Source: a bacterium (lineage in GTDB: Bacteria; ARS69). Taken from it: DNA of 37,007 nucleotides. The stretch covers positions 1 through 37,007 of the forward strand of contig JALGZO010000510.1 in assembly GCA_025774865.1 (NCBI GenBank), given 5' to 3'. The notes below the pieces were generated by a model. The model was not told where the DNA came from and ran no database searches. It was given only the letters and a program-made list of their open reading frames with translations. The translations under genes and the position numbers were made by a program. Positions 27,672 to 36,699 of the stretch are shown here, in pieces; position 1 is the stretch's first letter, and the number at the start of each line of letters is the position of its first letter.

Positions 27672-29384
27672 CTACCGCAGCAAGGTGATCTTCCGGGTGA
27701 GCGACTGTGCCCCCGCCTCGAGACGCACGAGATAGACGCCGGCGGCGACGCGCCGACCGAACTCGTCGCGGCTGTCCCAGGAGACCATGTGGCGCCCGAC
27801 CCCGACGGGTCCGGACCGCAGGTCCCGAACGCGACGGCCGGCGAGATCGAAGATCGAAACACGAACGTCACTCTCGGCTCGCGCCAGCTCGAATCGGACT
27901 CGAGTCGAGACCTGGAACGGGTTCGGAACATTGGCCAGCAGCTCGGTGGCTGGGGACGTCGAGCCGACGTTCGCGCCGACCGTGGCGGAAGGCAGCACGA
28001 AGTCGATCACGGTGGTCGCCTCGAGGGGATCGACCACGATGCTCCTCGGAAGCAGTCCGCTTTCCGGAGGCGGGATCGCGGTGATCGTCCAGCTCCCGGC
28101 CGGCAAGCGGATGGAGTACAGGCCGCTGGTGTCGGTGTTGTCCTCTCCCACGGTCGGGTGGTCGAGCCCGGTCGGGAGCTCGGCGGCGTCCAGATCGACT
28201 CCGGCGACGGGACTGCCCCAGATGTCACGCACGACCCCGGACACGATGTGCCCGGGCTCGAGGGTGATCGTCCCCAGGGCGAGGTTGCCCATGACCGTGA
28301 CGTCGCGCACGACGGTGGCGGCGAGGTTTGCACTGGGGGACGGCTTGACCCAGAGGTCGAACGTCGCAACCGGGGAGAGCAACGAGAACTGTCCGGCCCC
28401 ATCCGTGTTGTCGTCGGGAGTGGGGAGGTCGTTTCCGCTGGGTCGGTCCACCATGTCGAGGTCAGCCCCCCCCACCGGTTGGGCGAGCTCGTCACGTACG
28501 ACGCCCGTGACGGCAAAGCCGGTCTCGAGCTGGACCGTTCCGACGTTCACGTTGGCGGCAACGGCGAGATCGTAGAGCGTCTTCCACGCCAGTCCGCTGG
28601 CGGATGGCGGCTTGAAGGTCATGTCGTACGTGCCCGCCGGCACGACGACATTCAGGTTGCCGGCACCATCGGTGTTGTCACGGGGCGTGAAGATCACCTC
28701 GCCGGTCGCGAGGTCCTCGAAATCCGTGTCGGCGTCCGCGATCGCCATTCCGCCGGGGCCGCGGACCTGGCCGCTGACGAAGAAGCCGTCGGCGAGCGTG
28801 ATGGTGCCGAGAGAGGTCGTTCCCGAGACGGCGACATTGAAGAGAACGGTGGCCGCCTTGGGAAGTCCGCCCGGGGGCGTGAAGTATACGTCGTAAGTGA
28901 GTGCCGGCACGAAGACCGCGAACTGGCCGGTTGGGTCCGTGTTGTCGTCGTTCGCCTCGTATTCGTCCCCGGTCGCGACGTCGAAGAAGTCGAGGTCGAC
29001 AGCTTGAATGGGGGCCCCCGCCTCGTCTTGCACGGTGCCGATGGCGAGGTGCGCATCCCACAGGAACGTGTCGAGGGTCATGTTCGTGTTCACGACGACC
29101 GGCTTGATCACCCGGTCCAGGTACGGGCTTCCGGGGGGAGGCGAGAACGTGACCTCGTACTCTCCGACCGGAACATCGACGTTGTAGAAACCGCCCGCAT
29201 CGGTGTTGTCGAAGGGCGTGAATATGATGTCTCCCGTTCCCAGGTCGCGAAAGTCGAGGTCCACGTTGAAGATCCCGAAGCCCTGTTCGTCCACGACTTG
29301 CCCGGACACCGTGACGGCCGACACCGGGTCGGCGAAGATCGTCGCCCCCAGGAACGAGGCCGTGATCGCGAGAACTCGAAGCAT
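27672..29384 (-). CDS. Secreted CarboxypepD_reg-like repeat protein with T9SS/FlgD-Ig-type C-terminal sorting domain (paralog B)
   Basis: Signal peptide MLRVLAITASFLGATIFA. Five repeats. CTD VPNPFQVSTRVRFEL...VRVSIFDLAGRRVRDL...VSWDSRDEFGRRVAAGVYLVRLEAGAQSLTRKITLLR-stop. GAGGGGG SD in the 11-nt gap after the upstream gene. Confidence 0.85.
   Translation of the reverse strand: MLRVLAITASFLGATIFADPVSAVTVSGQVVDEQGFGIFNVDLDFRDLGTGDIIFTPFDNTDAGGFYNVDVPVGEYEVTFSPPPGSPYLDRVIKPVVVNTNMTLDTFLWDAHLAIGTVQDEAGAPIQAVDLDFFDVATGDEYEANDDNTDPTGQFAVFVPALTYDVYFTPPGGLPKAATVLFNVAVSGTTSLGTITLADGFFVSGQVRGPGGMAIADADTDFEDLATGEVIFTPRDNTDGAGNLNVVVPAGTYDMTFKPPSASGLAWKTLYDLAVAANVNVGTVQLETGFAVTGVVRDELAQPVGGADLDMVDRPSGNDLPTPDDNTDGAGQFSLLSPVATFDLWVKPSPSANLAATVVRDVTVMGNLALGTITLEPGHIVSGVVRDIWGSPVAGVDLDAAELPTGLDHPTVGEDNTDTSGLYSIRLPAGSWTITAIPPPESGLLPRSIVVDPLEATTVIDFVLPSATVGANVGSTSPATELLANVPNPFQVSTRVRFELARAESDVRVSIFDLAGRRVRDLRSGPVGVGRHMVSWDSRDEFGRRVAAGVYLVRLEAGAQSLTRKITLLR
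27990..29315 (-). repeat. Five tandem protein-coding repeats, period 89 aa / 267 nt, in paralog B
   Basis: I counted 89, 89, 89, 89 and 86 aa. Each has G(Q/T/V)V..(x)G.P...(V/A)D(L/T)D(F/M/A)..(x)TG...(D/E)DNTDxxGxF...PxGxY(D/E)(V/M)xFxPP. On the + strand the antisense motif GTGTTGTC recurs near 28135, 28405, 28673, 28942 and 29205. Confidence 0.9.
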
Positions 29385-29395
29385 GGGAATCCCCC

Positions 29396-31132
29396 TCAAA
29401 AGTTGAACACCACCGACAGTTTGTGGAAGAGAGCGCGGGTTGCTCGCTCGTCGAATCCGCTTCCCGGTTCGAAGCGGGCGAGCACGTACTCGATGTCGAG
29501 GTTCGGAATCTCCTCGAACGCGACGATCAGATCCCACTCGTGGCCGACTTCGCGGCTTCCGCCCCGCGGCTGTGTCTCGAGATTCGTATGGAACAGTCGC
29601 TGCTGTGGGTGCGGTTGCCGGTACCGGTGGATGACGAAATCGACGGAGCTTCGCTTCGTCGGTCGCATTCCCATCCCGATCGTTTCGATGGAGAGGTTCG
29701 ACAGTTCCGGATCCAGGAGCTCCCCGTAGTATTTGAAGCTCGCGACACCGCCGAACTTGTCGTTGTTGTCCTGGAAGCCGGTCTGCTCGTAGTGATCGCC
29801 GGGGTTCGGTCCGCCGGATCCGTAGGCCCAGCCCACGGTGACCGTGAGGCGGGTCCGACGCAGGAGACGAAGTTGCAGGCCGGCGTCCCACGCGTAGGCG
29901 TCGAGCTGCTCGCCGAGCCGCGTCCCGCGCAGGGCGGACAGTTCCAGCCAGTGTCGCACGCCGCTCCGGAACCGCCCGTGCGAGCGGAGGCCCAGCCACA
30001 CGGGGGCGTCATCGGTCTGACGGAGGTGAGCTTGCCGGATCACATACGCTTCGCTCAGCCACAAGCGCTTCATCTCGCGGCCGACGACGAGGATCCAGTT
30101 CGTACGATCGCGCTGCCGGCTCGAGATCGTCGCAAAGCGGGTCGACACCGAGGCTTCGCCGCGCCACCGCCCGGTCGCGAAGCGTAGGCGGACGCCGTCG
30201 AGGTTCTCGTCGTACAGCCACTCGCGTGGCTCGTCGAAGTCCTGTCGTCCCACCTGCAGGGCGAGCAGGGGTCGTGGGCGCCAAACGACGTATGCCTGCT
30301 TCAGATTCCATTGCGAGAGATTCGCTTCGTCCCCCTCGTCGTCGAAGATGATGCGGCGTCCGCGCTGGCCGAATCTCGTGAACGCCTCGAGCTGCGGAGT
30401 CAGAAGTGCGTCCACGTGCATGTCGATGGCCCAGTTGCTTCGCGTGTGATTGCCGGGACGAGCGGGGTTCAGATCGAATTCCGTTTCGGGCTCGTATTCG
30501 TACTGGAACCTCCCACCGCCGCGGATCCGCCCGCCGAGGGCGCTCCACGCCGTGCGATGGGCGTGGTCGTCGTCGATGGCGCGGGGGAGGGCCAGGATCA
30601 CGCCGCCTCGAATCGTCGCGCTCTTGCTCACGCGGAACTCGATTCCGGCGATCTCCAGGGTCCGGCGGCCCGCGTCGACGGCGGTGATCGTGCCCTCGAT
30701 CTGCTCCTTGCCGGGATCGGAGTTGCGCCGCTTGATGCGGCGCGCGCGCAGCGCCCCCTTCGCTCCGCTGGCGTCGACCTCCAACCATTCGTCCGGTGAC
30801 AGGTCGGACAGCGCCAGGGGAGTGCGGTCCTCGGTCCTGATCTTGCAGCTGTCCGGGAGCGTCACGATGAGGTCGAGGATCTGGATCGTGCGGGCGCCGG
30901 CGTCGATGCTCTGCAGCGGCCCGATGAGCTCCACCTGGTCTCCGGACAGACGGTCGGTCCGAATGTCGATCTCCTTCGCGCGGAACGGTGCTCCCGGCTT
31001 CCAGGAACCGTCGGCCTCGACGACCAGGCCGGGAAGGAGTCGCTCCCAGTCGGTGGCGGACATCGTGGCGAGCGAGGGAGCGGCGAACAGCAAGAGCCAT
31101 GCGAGCCAGGAGGTTCGAAGCAGCGGCCTCAT
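29396..31132 (-). CDS. AlgE/alginate-export-family outer-membrane beta-barrel with N-terminal DUF5666-like domains
   Basis: Signal peptide MRPLLRTSWLAWLLLFAAPSLA. Two DUF5666-like modules (VELIGPLQSIDAGARTIQILDLIVTL; IEGTITAVDAGRRTLEIAGIEFRV). Barrel blocks QVGRQDFDEPREWLYDENLDGVRL and GWAYGSGGPNPGDHYEQTGFQDNNDKF...YYGELLDPELSNL resemble, from memory, the LGRQ... and GYARGSGG...QQTGLESNRSNF...GELSNL blocks of Pseudomonas AlgE. Ends ...VVFNF. ATG overlaps the upstream stop (ATGA). Confidence 0.8.
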   Translation of the reverse strand: MRPLLRTSWLAWLLLFAAPSLATMSATDWERLLPGLVVEADGSWKPGAPFRAKEIDIRTDRLSGDQVELIGPLQSIDAGARTIQILDLIVTLPDSCKIRTEDRTPLALSDLSPDEWLEVDASGAKGALRARRIKRRNSDPGKEQIEGTITAVDAGRRTLEIAGIEFRVSKSATIRGGVILALPRAIDDDHAHRTAWSALGGRIRGGGRFQYEYEPETEFDLNPARPGNHTRSNWAIDMHVDALLTPQLEAFTRFGQRGRRIIFDDEGDEANLSQWNLKQAYVVWRPRPLLALQVGRQDFDEPREWLYDENLDGVRLRFATGRWRGEASVSTRFATISSRQRDRTNWILVVGREMKRLWLSEAYVIRQAHLRQTDDAPVWLGLRSHGRFRSGVRHWLELSALRGTRLGEQLDAYAWDAGLQLRLLRRTRLTVTVGWAYGSGGPNPGDHYEQTGFQDNNDKFGGVASFKYYGELLDPELSNLSIETIGMGMRPTKRSSVDFVIHRYRQPHPQQRLFHTNLETQPRGGSREVGHEWDLIVAFEEIPNLDIEYVLARFEPGSGFDERATRALFHKLSVVFNF

Positions 31133-32364
31133 CGCGACCTCCGGGCGGCGACGAGGAGCTTCTCTGCGAGGCCGGGCCAGGAAGGGCGTAGGGCGTAGAC
31201 CGCCGCGAGTCGGAGGAGGGCCAGTGTCTCCCACGACTCCAGGTTCGGTGGTCCACCGCCCCGCCCGTCCCGGTACGCGGCGAGAAACGCGTGTCTCGCC
31301 GCGAGAGCCTGCTTCGCCGTGATGCGTCGCTGCAGCGCTCTCAACTGGAGATGAGCCAGGAAATTCCCGGGGTCGAGCGCGCGGGGCGCGGCCGCGGCCC
31401 AGTCCCAGTCGATGATTCCGATGCGGGAACCGGCACGGATGATCTGCTTGTCGTGAAGATCGCGGTGCGCGAAGACCGGCGACTCGCGGTCGGGTACCAC
31501 CGCGATGCCTTCGAACGCGACGAAGGCCGCCGCCAACCGGGGCGCGAGGTCCGGGCGAACGATCGCGACCCGGCCCACGAACTTGCAGATCGTGGCCAGC
31601 TCGTCTTGAAGGCCGTAGACGGAGAGGCCGGCCGTCGGAGCCCGCTGGTACGAGCGCACCGCGCGCCCGATCGAACTCGCGATTCCGGGGAGCGCCTCGG
31701 CCAGGTGCTCGTGCACCGACTCACCCGGAAGCCAGGTCGTGACGACGAGCCGACGCCTGCGATCGAAGAGGCGAATCTCGGGCACGTCCGCGGGGATTCG
31801 CGAACGATGTCGGGCGAGATTGGTGAAGGCCGTCGCCAGAAGATCGTGACCGCGGCCGGAGAAGACCTTTCCGAGAAGGTCGACGGGCGTCGGGGCCGCT
31901 CCGGAGGGGAGGGTCAGACGGAAACAGGCGCGCCGCGCGAACCGGTGGGCGAGGATCTCGAACCCTGCGTCTTGCCGCGGGCTGCGACCTCCCACGATCC
32001 GGCCGATCCCCGCGAGGAAGGCGGGGCGAAGGACCTCGCGAAGCTCCGGCAAGTCGGGGTCGACCGGGGAGATGCGGACGAAGGTCCGCTCCTCGTCCTG
32101 GCCGATGAACGCGGGAACACTTCGCTCGAGGCCGGTCGCGGTTTCGACGGTACTCATCGCACCGTGGATCGCCACCTGGTCGCCTCGCACTTCGACGCGC
32201 TCCGGCGAGAAGCCGGTGCAGAGAACGCCCCCGTCGGGGAGCTCTCGAGAGGATTCGGAGAACCCCTCCGGAGAGGTGATGGGGGCGAGGTAAGCGCGCA
32301 GTCCGTCCGGAACGTACCAGCGCGATGCGGTAGCCGACACCTGTGTCTCGCGCGTGGCAATCAT
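31129..32364 (-). CDS. Kinase-fold (APH / Mak-like phosphotransferase family) protein, paralog 2
   Basis: Catalytic loop HRDLHDKQ (nt 31444-31467), metal-binding IIDWD (31402-31416), then DPGNFLAHLQL. 411 aa, no signal peptide. ATG overlaps the upstream stop (ATGA at 32361-32364). Confidence 0.75.
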   Translation of the reverse strand: MIATRETQVSATASRWYVPDGLRAYLAPITSPEGFSESSRELPDGGVLCTGFSPERVEVRGDQVAIHGAMSTVETATGLERSVPAFIGQDEERTFVRISPVDPDLPELREVLRPAFLAGIGRIVGGRSPRQDAGFEILAHRFARRACFRLTLPSGAAPTPVDLLGKVFSGRGHDLLATAFTNLARHRSRIPADVPEIRLFDRRRRLVVTTWLPGESVHEHLAEALPGIASSIGRAVRSYQRAPTAGLSVYGLQDELATICKFVGRVAIVRPDLAPRLAAAFVAFEGIAVVPDRESPVFAHRDLHDKQIIRAGSRIGIIDWDWAAAAPRALDPGNFLAHLQLRALQRRITAKQALAARHAFLAAYRDGRGGGPPNLESWETLALLRLAAVYALRPSWPGLAEKLLVAARRSR

Positions 32365-33677
32365 GCCGCGACCTCCCGCTCGGCCGTCAGGACACCGTGG
32401 GCGCGGTCGAGGATCGCAAGAGAGGCGTCGGACCAATCGTCGGCGAGGTTTCGAAACGGAACCATCGCGAGTTTCGCGAGCTGGAGCGCGGTGAAGAAGG
32501 GCAGGTCCGCGACCGGTGGACGATCCGCCAGGTAGTCCGCGAGGAATCGGCTCCGGAATCGACTTGCCTCGTCGGCGCTCACTCGCCGCTCCAGTTCGGC
32601 GAGGTGCAGGTGCGCGAGGAAGTTGCCGACGTCGAGTCGCGGATCATCGACGCCGGCTTCGTCCCAATCGATGAGGGTCGGACCGTCCGGGCCCATCAGA
32701 AGCTGGTGGTAATGGAAGTCGCCGTGCACGATCGTTCGCAGGCCGTGTCTGACCGCTCCGTGGGCCTGCGCCAGTTCGCGCGCGAGTGAGACGGCGGCAC
32801 CCGCGACCGGGCCGTCGCCGATTCGGGCGAGATCTTCGAGCACGCGGCGCCCCTCGCGGATGGCGCCCTCCGGCGAGGCGGCGTCCGGGAGGTCGCCAGG
32901 GTCGAGGGCGTGCAAGGCGCGGAGGTTCCGTGCCGCGGCGATGCAACCGTCGACGGCGTCAGCGGCCGCGAGGATCGTGCCCCACGGCTCCCCGTCTCTC
33001 CACTCCTGCAACAGAATGCGCCGGGCGGCGTGATAGCCCAGCGGTCGAGGCGTACACAGGCCGTCCGTCCCCCGAGCGGGACGGGCCCAGAGGTGTCGCA
33101 TCACCCGGTACACGCGAGCTCCGGAATCGTCGCCGTACGCCTGGGCTACCAAGCGACGCTCACGCGACTCGCCCGCGCGGTCTCGGGTTCCGAGCTCGAC
33201 CCCCGCGACGCAGCGTCGCTCCGGCTTGTACTTCAGTATGCCGACGCGGCTCTTGCGCGCGCGCACGCGCTCTTCGTGGGGGGAGAGGCCCGGGACCGAA
33301 TCGTGTATGACGTGCTTCAGGTGCGCGGCGTCGGACACGGTGCGAAGCCCGATGACGTTGCGATCGAGAGGAAACCGGAAGAAGACAGCCCGTAGCTCGG
33401 GCAGAAGCTCCGCCCAGCCGTCCCCTTTCTCCCGGGCGCGGTACTTGCGGAAGCATTCGCTGGGGTCTCCGCTCAGGAAGACCTTCACATAGCCGATCGC
33501 CTCGAGGGCCCGCGTTGCGTCGTGCAGGCCGAGCAGACAGCTCGTGCCGGGCTTGAAGCGTACGTACCCGATCGCGAGGTCGCGCGGTGGTTCCGCTCGG
33601 CGCCGCACGAACGCTTGGGCGACGCCCTCCCGCAACTCCTGCGAGTCCGCCAAGCGACGAAGGTCACGCGGACGCAT
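32361..33677 (-). CDS. Kinase-fold (APH / Mak-like phosphotransferase family) protein, paralog 1
   Basis: Catalytic loop HGDFHYHQ (nt 32703-32726), LIDWDEAG, DVGNFLAHLHL. N-lobe-like IGYVRFKPGTSCLL...YVKVF. 438 aa, no signal peptide. ATG at 33677 overlaps the end of the ABC gene by 14 nt. Confidence 0.75.
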   Translation of the reverse strand: MRPRDLRRLADSQELREGVAQAFVRRRAEPPRDLAIGYVRFKPGTSCLLGLHDATRALEAIGYVKVFLSGDPSECFRKYRAREKGDGWAELLPELRAVFFRFPLDRNVIGLRTVSDAAHLKHVIHDSVPGLSPHEERVRARKSRVGILKYKPERRCVAGVELGTRDRAGESRERRLVAQAYGDDSGARVYRVMRHLWARPARGTDGLCTPRPLGYHAARRILLQEWRDGEPWGTILAAADAVDGCIAAARNLRALHALDPGDLPDAASPEGAIREGRRVLEDLARIGDGPVAGAAVSLARELAQAHGAVRHGLRTIVHGDFHYHQLLMGPDGPTLIDWDEAGVDDPRLDVGNFLAHLHLAELERRVSADEASRFRSRFLADYLADRPPVADLPFFTALQLAKLAMVPFRNLADDWSDASLAILDRAHGVLTAEREVAA

Positions 33678-35496
33678 GGTGAACCACTCCGGCGGTCGGG
33701 GAAGCGCAGAGTTCGCGATAGGCGGCGCAGGAGGCCAGCAACTGCTCGTGCGAGCCGGTACCGGCGACCCGCCCCCCGTCAAGCACCACGATCCGGTCCG
33801 CGAGGCTCGCATTACGGACGTCGTGAACGATACAGATGGACGTCTTGTCCGCGGTCACCGTGCCGATCACGTCCCACAGGTCGGCGCGGGCGCGCGCGTC
33901 GAGGAAGGTGTCGGGTTCGTCGAGAATGACGATCGGCGTCTCGCGAAGGAAGGCGCGGGCGAGCGCCAGTCGTTGTCGTTCCCCGCCGGACAGTCCGGCC
34001 CCCGCTTCGCCGAGTATCGTGTCGTAGCCGTCCGGAAGGGATGCCACCCGATCGTGGATGCCGACCAGGCGGGCGGCGCGCTCCACGTCTTCCGGCGAGA
34101 GGCTCTCCTGCCCGTATGCGATGTTGTCCCAGACACTGATGCCCAGCAGGACGGTCTCTTGGAGAACGAACGAGATTCGATCTCGAAGGGCCGCGAGCTC
34201 GAGGCGCTCCAGCGGAACGTCGTCGAGGAAGATGGCGCCTTCCGATGGCGTGTAAAGACGCGGTACGAGTCGCGCCAGCGTCGTCTTGCCGGCGCCGGAC
34301 CGACCGACGAGCGCGATCCTCTCGCCGGGGTCGATCGTCAGGCTGAGTTCGCGGAGCGCGGGCCGCCCCGGTTCGTACGCGAAGCCCACCCCCTCGAACC
34401 GGAGTCGACCCCGGACTTCTGCCGGTACGAGGCTGCCCGCTCGATGGAGGTCCTCGGTCGGCCTCTCCAGCACATCCGCGATTCGCTCCGCCGCGACGAC
34501 CCCTCTCGCTAACCGCCCCGTGAGGCGTGAGAACGTGCGAATCGGTCGGTACAACATCCCCAAGTACGAGATCGCGAGCACCAGGTCTCCCGCCGTCATC
34601 GTGCCGCTCGTGACGCGCAACCCGCCGATCCACAGGACGAGACAGGTTCCGAGCGCGATCAGGAGCTCGACGCGTCGTTCGAGCGCCGCCTGGAGGCGCG
34701 TGGCACGAAGCCCGGAACGGAAGCTCCGGCGATGGCTCGACTGGAATCGAGTCCGTTCCGTCTCCTCCGTGCCCTGCAACTTCACGAGGGCGATGGACCG
34801 CACCGATTCCGCCGTGGTGGCGGCTACCTGACTCTCGCGGCGGCGCTGCTGCCGGATCGCAGCCTTGATACGCCGGGAGGACCGCGACGCCGAGACGAAG
34901 AGCAACGGAGCGATCGCGAGAGCGGCGATCGCGAGTCGCCAGTCCAGACGAGCGAGGAACACGGCGACCGCGACGAGCACCAACGTCTGCGAAAGCAGCT
35001 TGAGGGTCGCCCGCACGAGAAGATTCCGGACGAGGTTCATGTCGCCGGTGATGCGCAGAACGAGATCGCCCGTGCGGGCTCGGCCGTGCTCGACGAGCGA
35101 GAGTTCGAGGATGTGTCGAAACAGGTCACGGCGGAGTCGGTAGGCCAAGGTCTGTCCGGCCTTCGCTCCGAGATATCGCTGTCCATAGGCGGAGATCGCA
35201 CCGAGACCCGCGATCACGAGAATCGCCGCGGACGCCGCCGCAATGATCTGAGTCGCGGAGAGCGAGGCCAGAACGCCGGGGGGCGGGACGCCGCGGTCGG
35301 GCACCAGGGCGTAGTCGAGGACGATCTTCAGCGGCCACGGGCGCAAGATCGTGAACGCCGTGAAGGCCAGCGAAGAAGCGACGGCGCCCGCCAGCACCAC
35401 GCGAGACTTGCGGAGCTGGGGCCAGAAGCGGACGTACACCGCCGCCAAGGAGTCGATCCGGAGTCCCTCTCGAGGCGGTAGGCCGATGCGAATCAC
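33664..35496 (-). CDS. ABC transporter, fused permease/ATPase (type I exporter, MsbA-like)
   Basis: Six-TM exporter domain followed by Walker A GRSGAGKTTL, Q-loop, signature LSGGERQRLALARA, Walker B IVILDEPD and H-loop IVHD. The GTG start overlaps the GT4 stop (GTGA at 35493-35496). Confidence 0.9.
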   Translation of the reverse strand: MIRIGLPPREGLRIDSLAAVYVRFWPQLRKSRVVLAGAVASSLAFTAFTILRPWPLKIVLDYALVPDRGVPPPGVLASLSATQIIAAASAAILVIAGLGAISAYGQRYLGAKAGQTLAYRLRRDLFRHILELSLVEHGRARTGDLVLRITGDMNLVRNLLVRATLKLLSQTLVLVAVAVFLARLDWRLAIAALAIAPLLFVSASRSSRRIKAAIRQQRRRESQVAATTAESVRSIALVKLQGTEETERTRFQSSHRRSFRSGLRATRLQAALERRVELLIALGTCLVLWIGGLRVTSGTMTAGDLVLAISYLGMLYRPIRTFSRLTGRLARGVVAAERIADVLERPTEDLHRAGSLVPAEVRGRLRFEGVGFAYEPGRPALRELSLTIDPGERIALVGRSGAGKTTLARLVPRLYTPSEGAIFLDDVPLERLELAALRDRISFVLQETVLLGISVWDNIAYGQESLSPEDVERAARLVGIHDRVASLPDGYDTILGEAGAGLSGGERQRLALARAFLRETPIVILDEPDTFLDARARADLWDVIGTVTADKTSICIVHDVRNASLADRIVVLDGGRVAGTGSHEQLLASCAAYRELCASPTAGVVHHASA

Positions 35497-36695
35497 GCCC
35501 CGACCTCCTGCGATGCGCGCGGTGCCGTGAAGGCGCGCTCCGTCTCGATCAGCGAGACCACCCGATTCGCGAGGTCACCCCAGGATCGACCGGCGGCAAC
35601 GCGACGAGCCGCCCGCCCGAGCCTCTGTCGTAGCGCGGGATCGCTCCGCAATCGCGCGAGCGCCTCCGCCAGAGCTTTCGGACTTCCGGGTTCGACGAGA
35701 AGTGCGCTCTCGTCGTCGGTCAGCATCTCGGCGATCTGCCCGACGCGACTCGCCACCACGGGAAGTCCCATGGCGCAGTACTCGATGATCTTGAGCGGCG
35801 AGAAGTAGAAGCAGTCGAGCGCCGGATACGGCGCGACGGCGACGTCGGCGTTGCGAAGTAGGGTCGGGATCTGCTCGTGGGGGACCGCACCCGCGAGATT
35901 GAACGACGACTCGGACAATTCCCCCCGGAGCCGAGCCGCCAGTTCATCCCGATACGGGCCGTCCCCCACGATGATCAAACGGCACTCTCCGGTCGCGTGG
36001 ATCCTTCGGAACGCGTCCGCGAGAATGTCCAGGCCGTGCCACGGCTTCAGGCTTCCGACGAACGCGACCGTGAAGGGGCGCTCCGACGAGTCCTTTGCCA
36101 CGTCGCGGAACATCCCCGCGTTGTAACCGTTCGGGAGAACCGTGACGCGCTCCGGTGCCGCACCTCGGGCCACGACATGACGCCTCAGCTCGTCGGATAC
36201 GGTCACCACGGACGAGGCCTCCGAAAGCAGCCGGCGCTCGAGAAACGTCGCGACGCTTCGAAGGGAGAGATCGCGGTGTCGGGCCGCTTCGTCGACCAGG
36301 GGTGCGTTGACCTCGAGAATCCACGGGATTCCCCAGCGATAGGCGGCCTGCGCGCCCGCCACACTCCACAACGAGTACCTCTCGTAGAGCGCGTCCAGGC
36401 GACCCTGATCGTGGAGAACGCGCAAGGCGAGATCGGCGGCGTCGTTGCTCGCGAGGAGCGAAGGAAAGGACGAGGCGCCCTCTTCGAGAAGCTCGACCGT
36501 GGGGCAGGGCGGGGCAACATCGTGCGGCACGGCGACCCGGTCACGGGCGCGGCGCGGTCGCAGCCGGGCGGTCACGGCCGTCAGCCCCTCCACTCGCGGA
36601 TCGAGGGCCGTCAGCATCTCGCGGACGTGGACGCTGGCGCCCTTCGGTCCTAGCAGCGGTACGCCGGAATCGGCGTTGAGGTACACGAGTTGCAT
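35493..36695 (-). CDS. Glycosyltransferase family 4 (GT-B, retaining type)
   Basis: N-terminus MQLVYLNADSGVPLLGPKGASVHVREMLTAL. C-terminal GT1/GT4 domain FVGSLKPWHGLDIL...RLIIVGDGP...SPLKIIEYCAMGLPVVASRVGQIAEML (EX7E-type region). Confidence 0.85.
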   Translation of the reverse strand: MQLVYLNADSGVPLLGPKGASVHVREMLTALDPRVEGLTAVTARLRPRRARDRVAVPHDVAPPCPTVELLEEGASSFPSLLASNDAADLALRVLHDQGRLDALYERYSLWSVAGAQAAYRWGIPWILEVNAPLVDEAARHRDLSLRSVATFLERRLLSEASSVVTVSDELRRHVVARGAAPERVTVLPNGYNAGMFRDVAKDSSERPFTVAFVGSLKPWHGLDILADAFRRIHATGECRLIIVGDGPYRDELAARLRGELSESSFNLAGAVPHEQIPTLLRNADVAVAPYPALDCFYFSPLKIIEYCAMGLPVVASRVGQIAEMLTDDESALLVEPGSPKALAEALARLRSDPALRQRLGRAARRVAAGRSWGDLANRVVSLIETERAFTAPRASQEVGA

Positions 36696-36699
36696 GGTG

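Noticed and set aside
26214-29315. Regular ~267-nt periodicity that could superficially suggest a CRISPR-like or satellite array
   Set aside because: The period equals 89 codons, and the repeats are diverged at DNA level but conserved at protein level, sitting inside long ORFs. These are protein-domain repeats. There are no short identical direct repeats separated by unique spacers.
25992-29729. 1245-aa ORF on the plus strand across both repeat-protein genes and into the AlgE-like gene
   Set aside because: It is antisense to proteins that have signal peptides, strict 89-aa domain periodicity and a sorting domain. The plus-strand translation is R/G/D/E/V-rich with no domain structure, so it is a GC-bias artefact.
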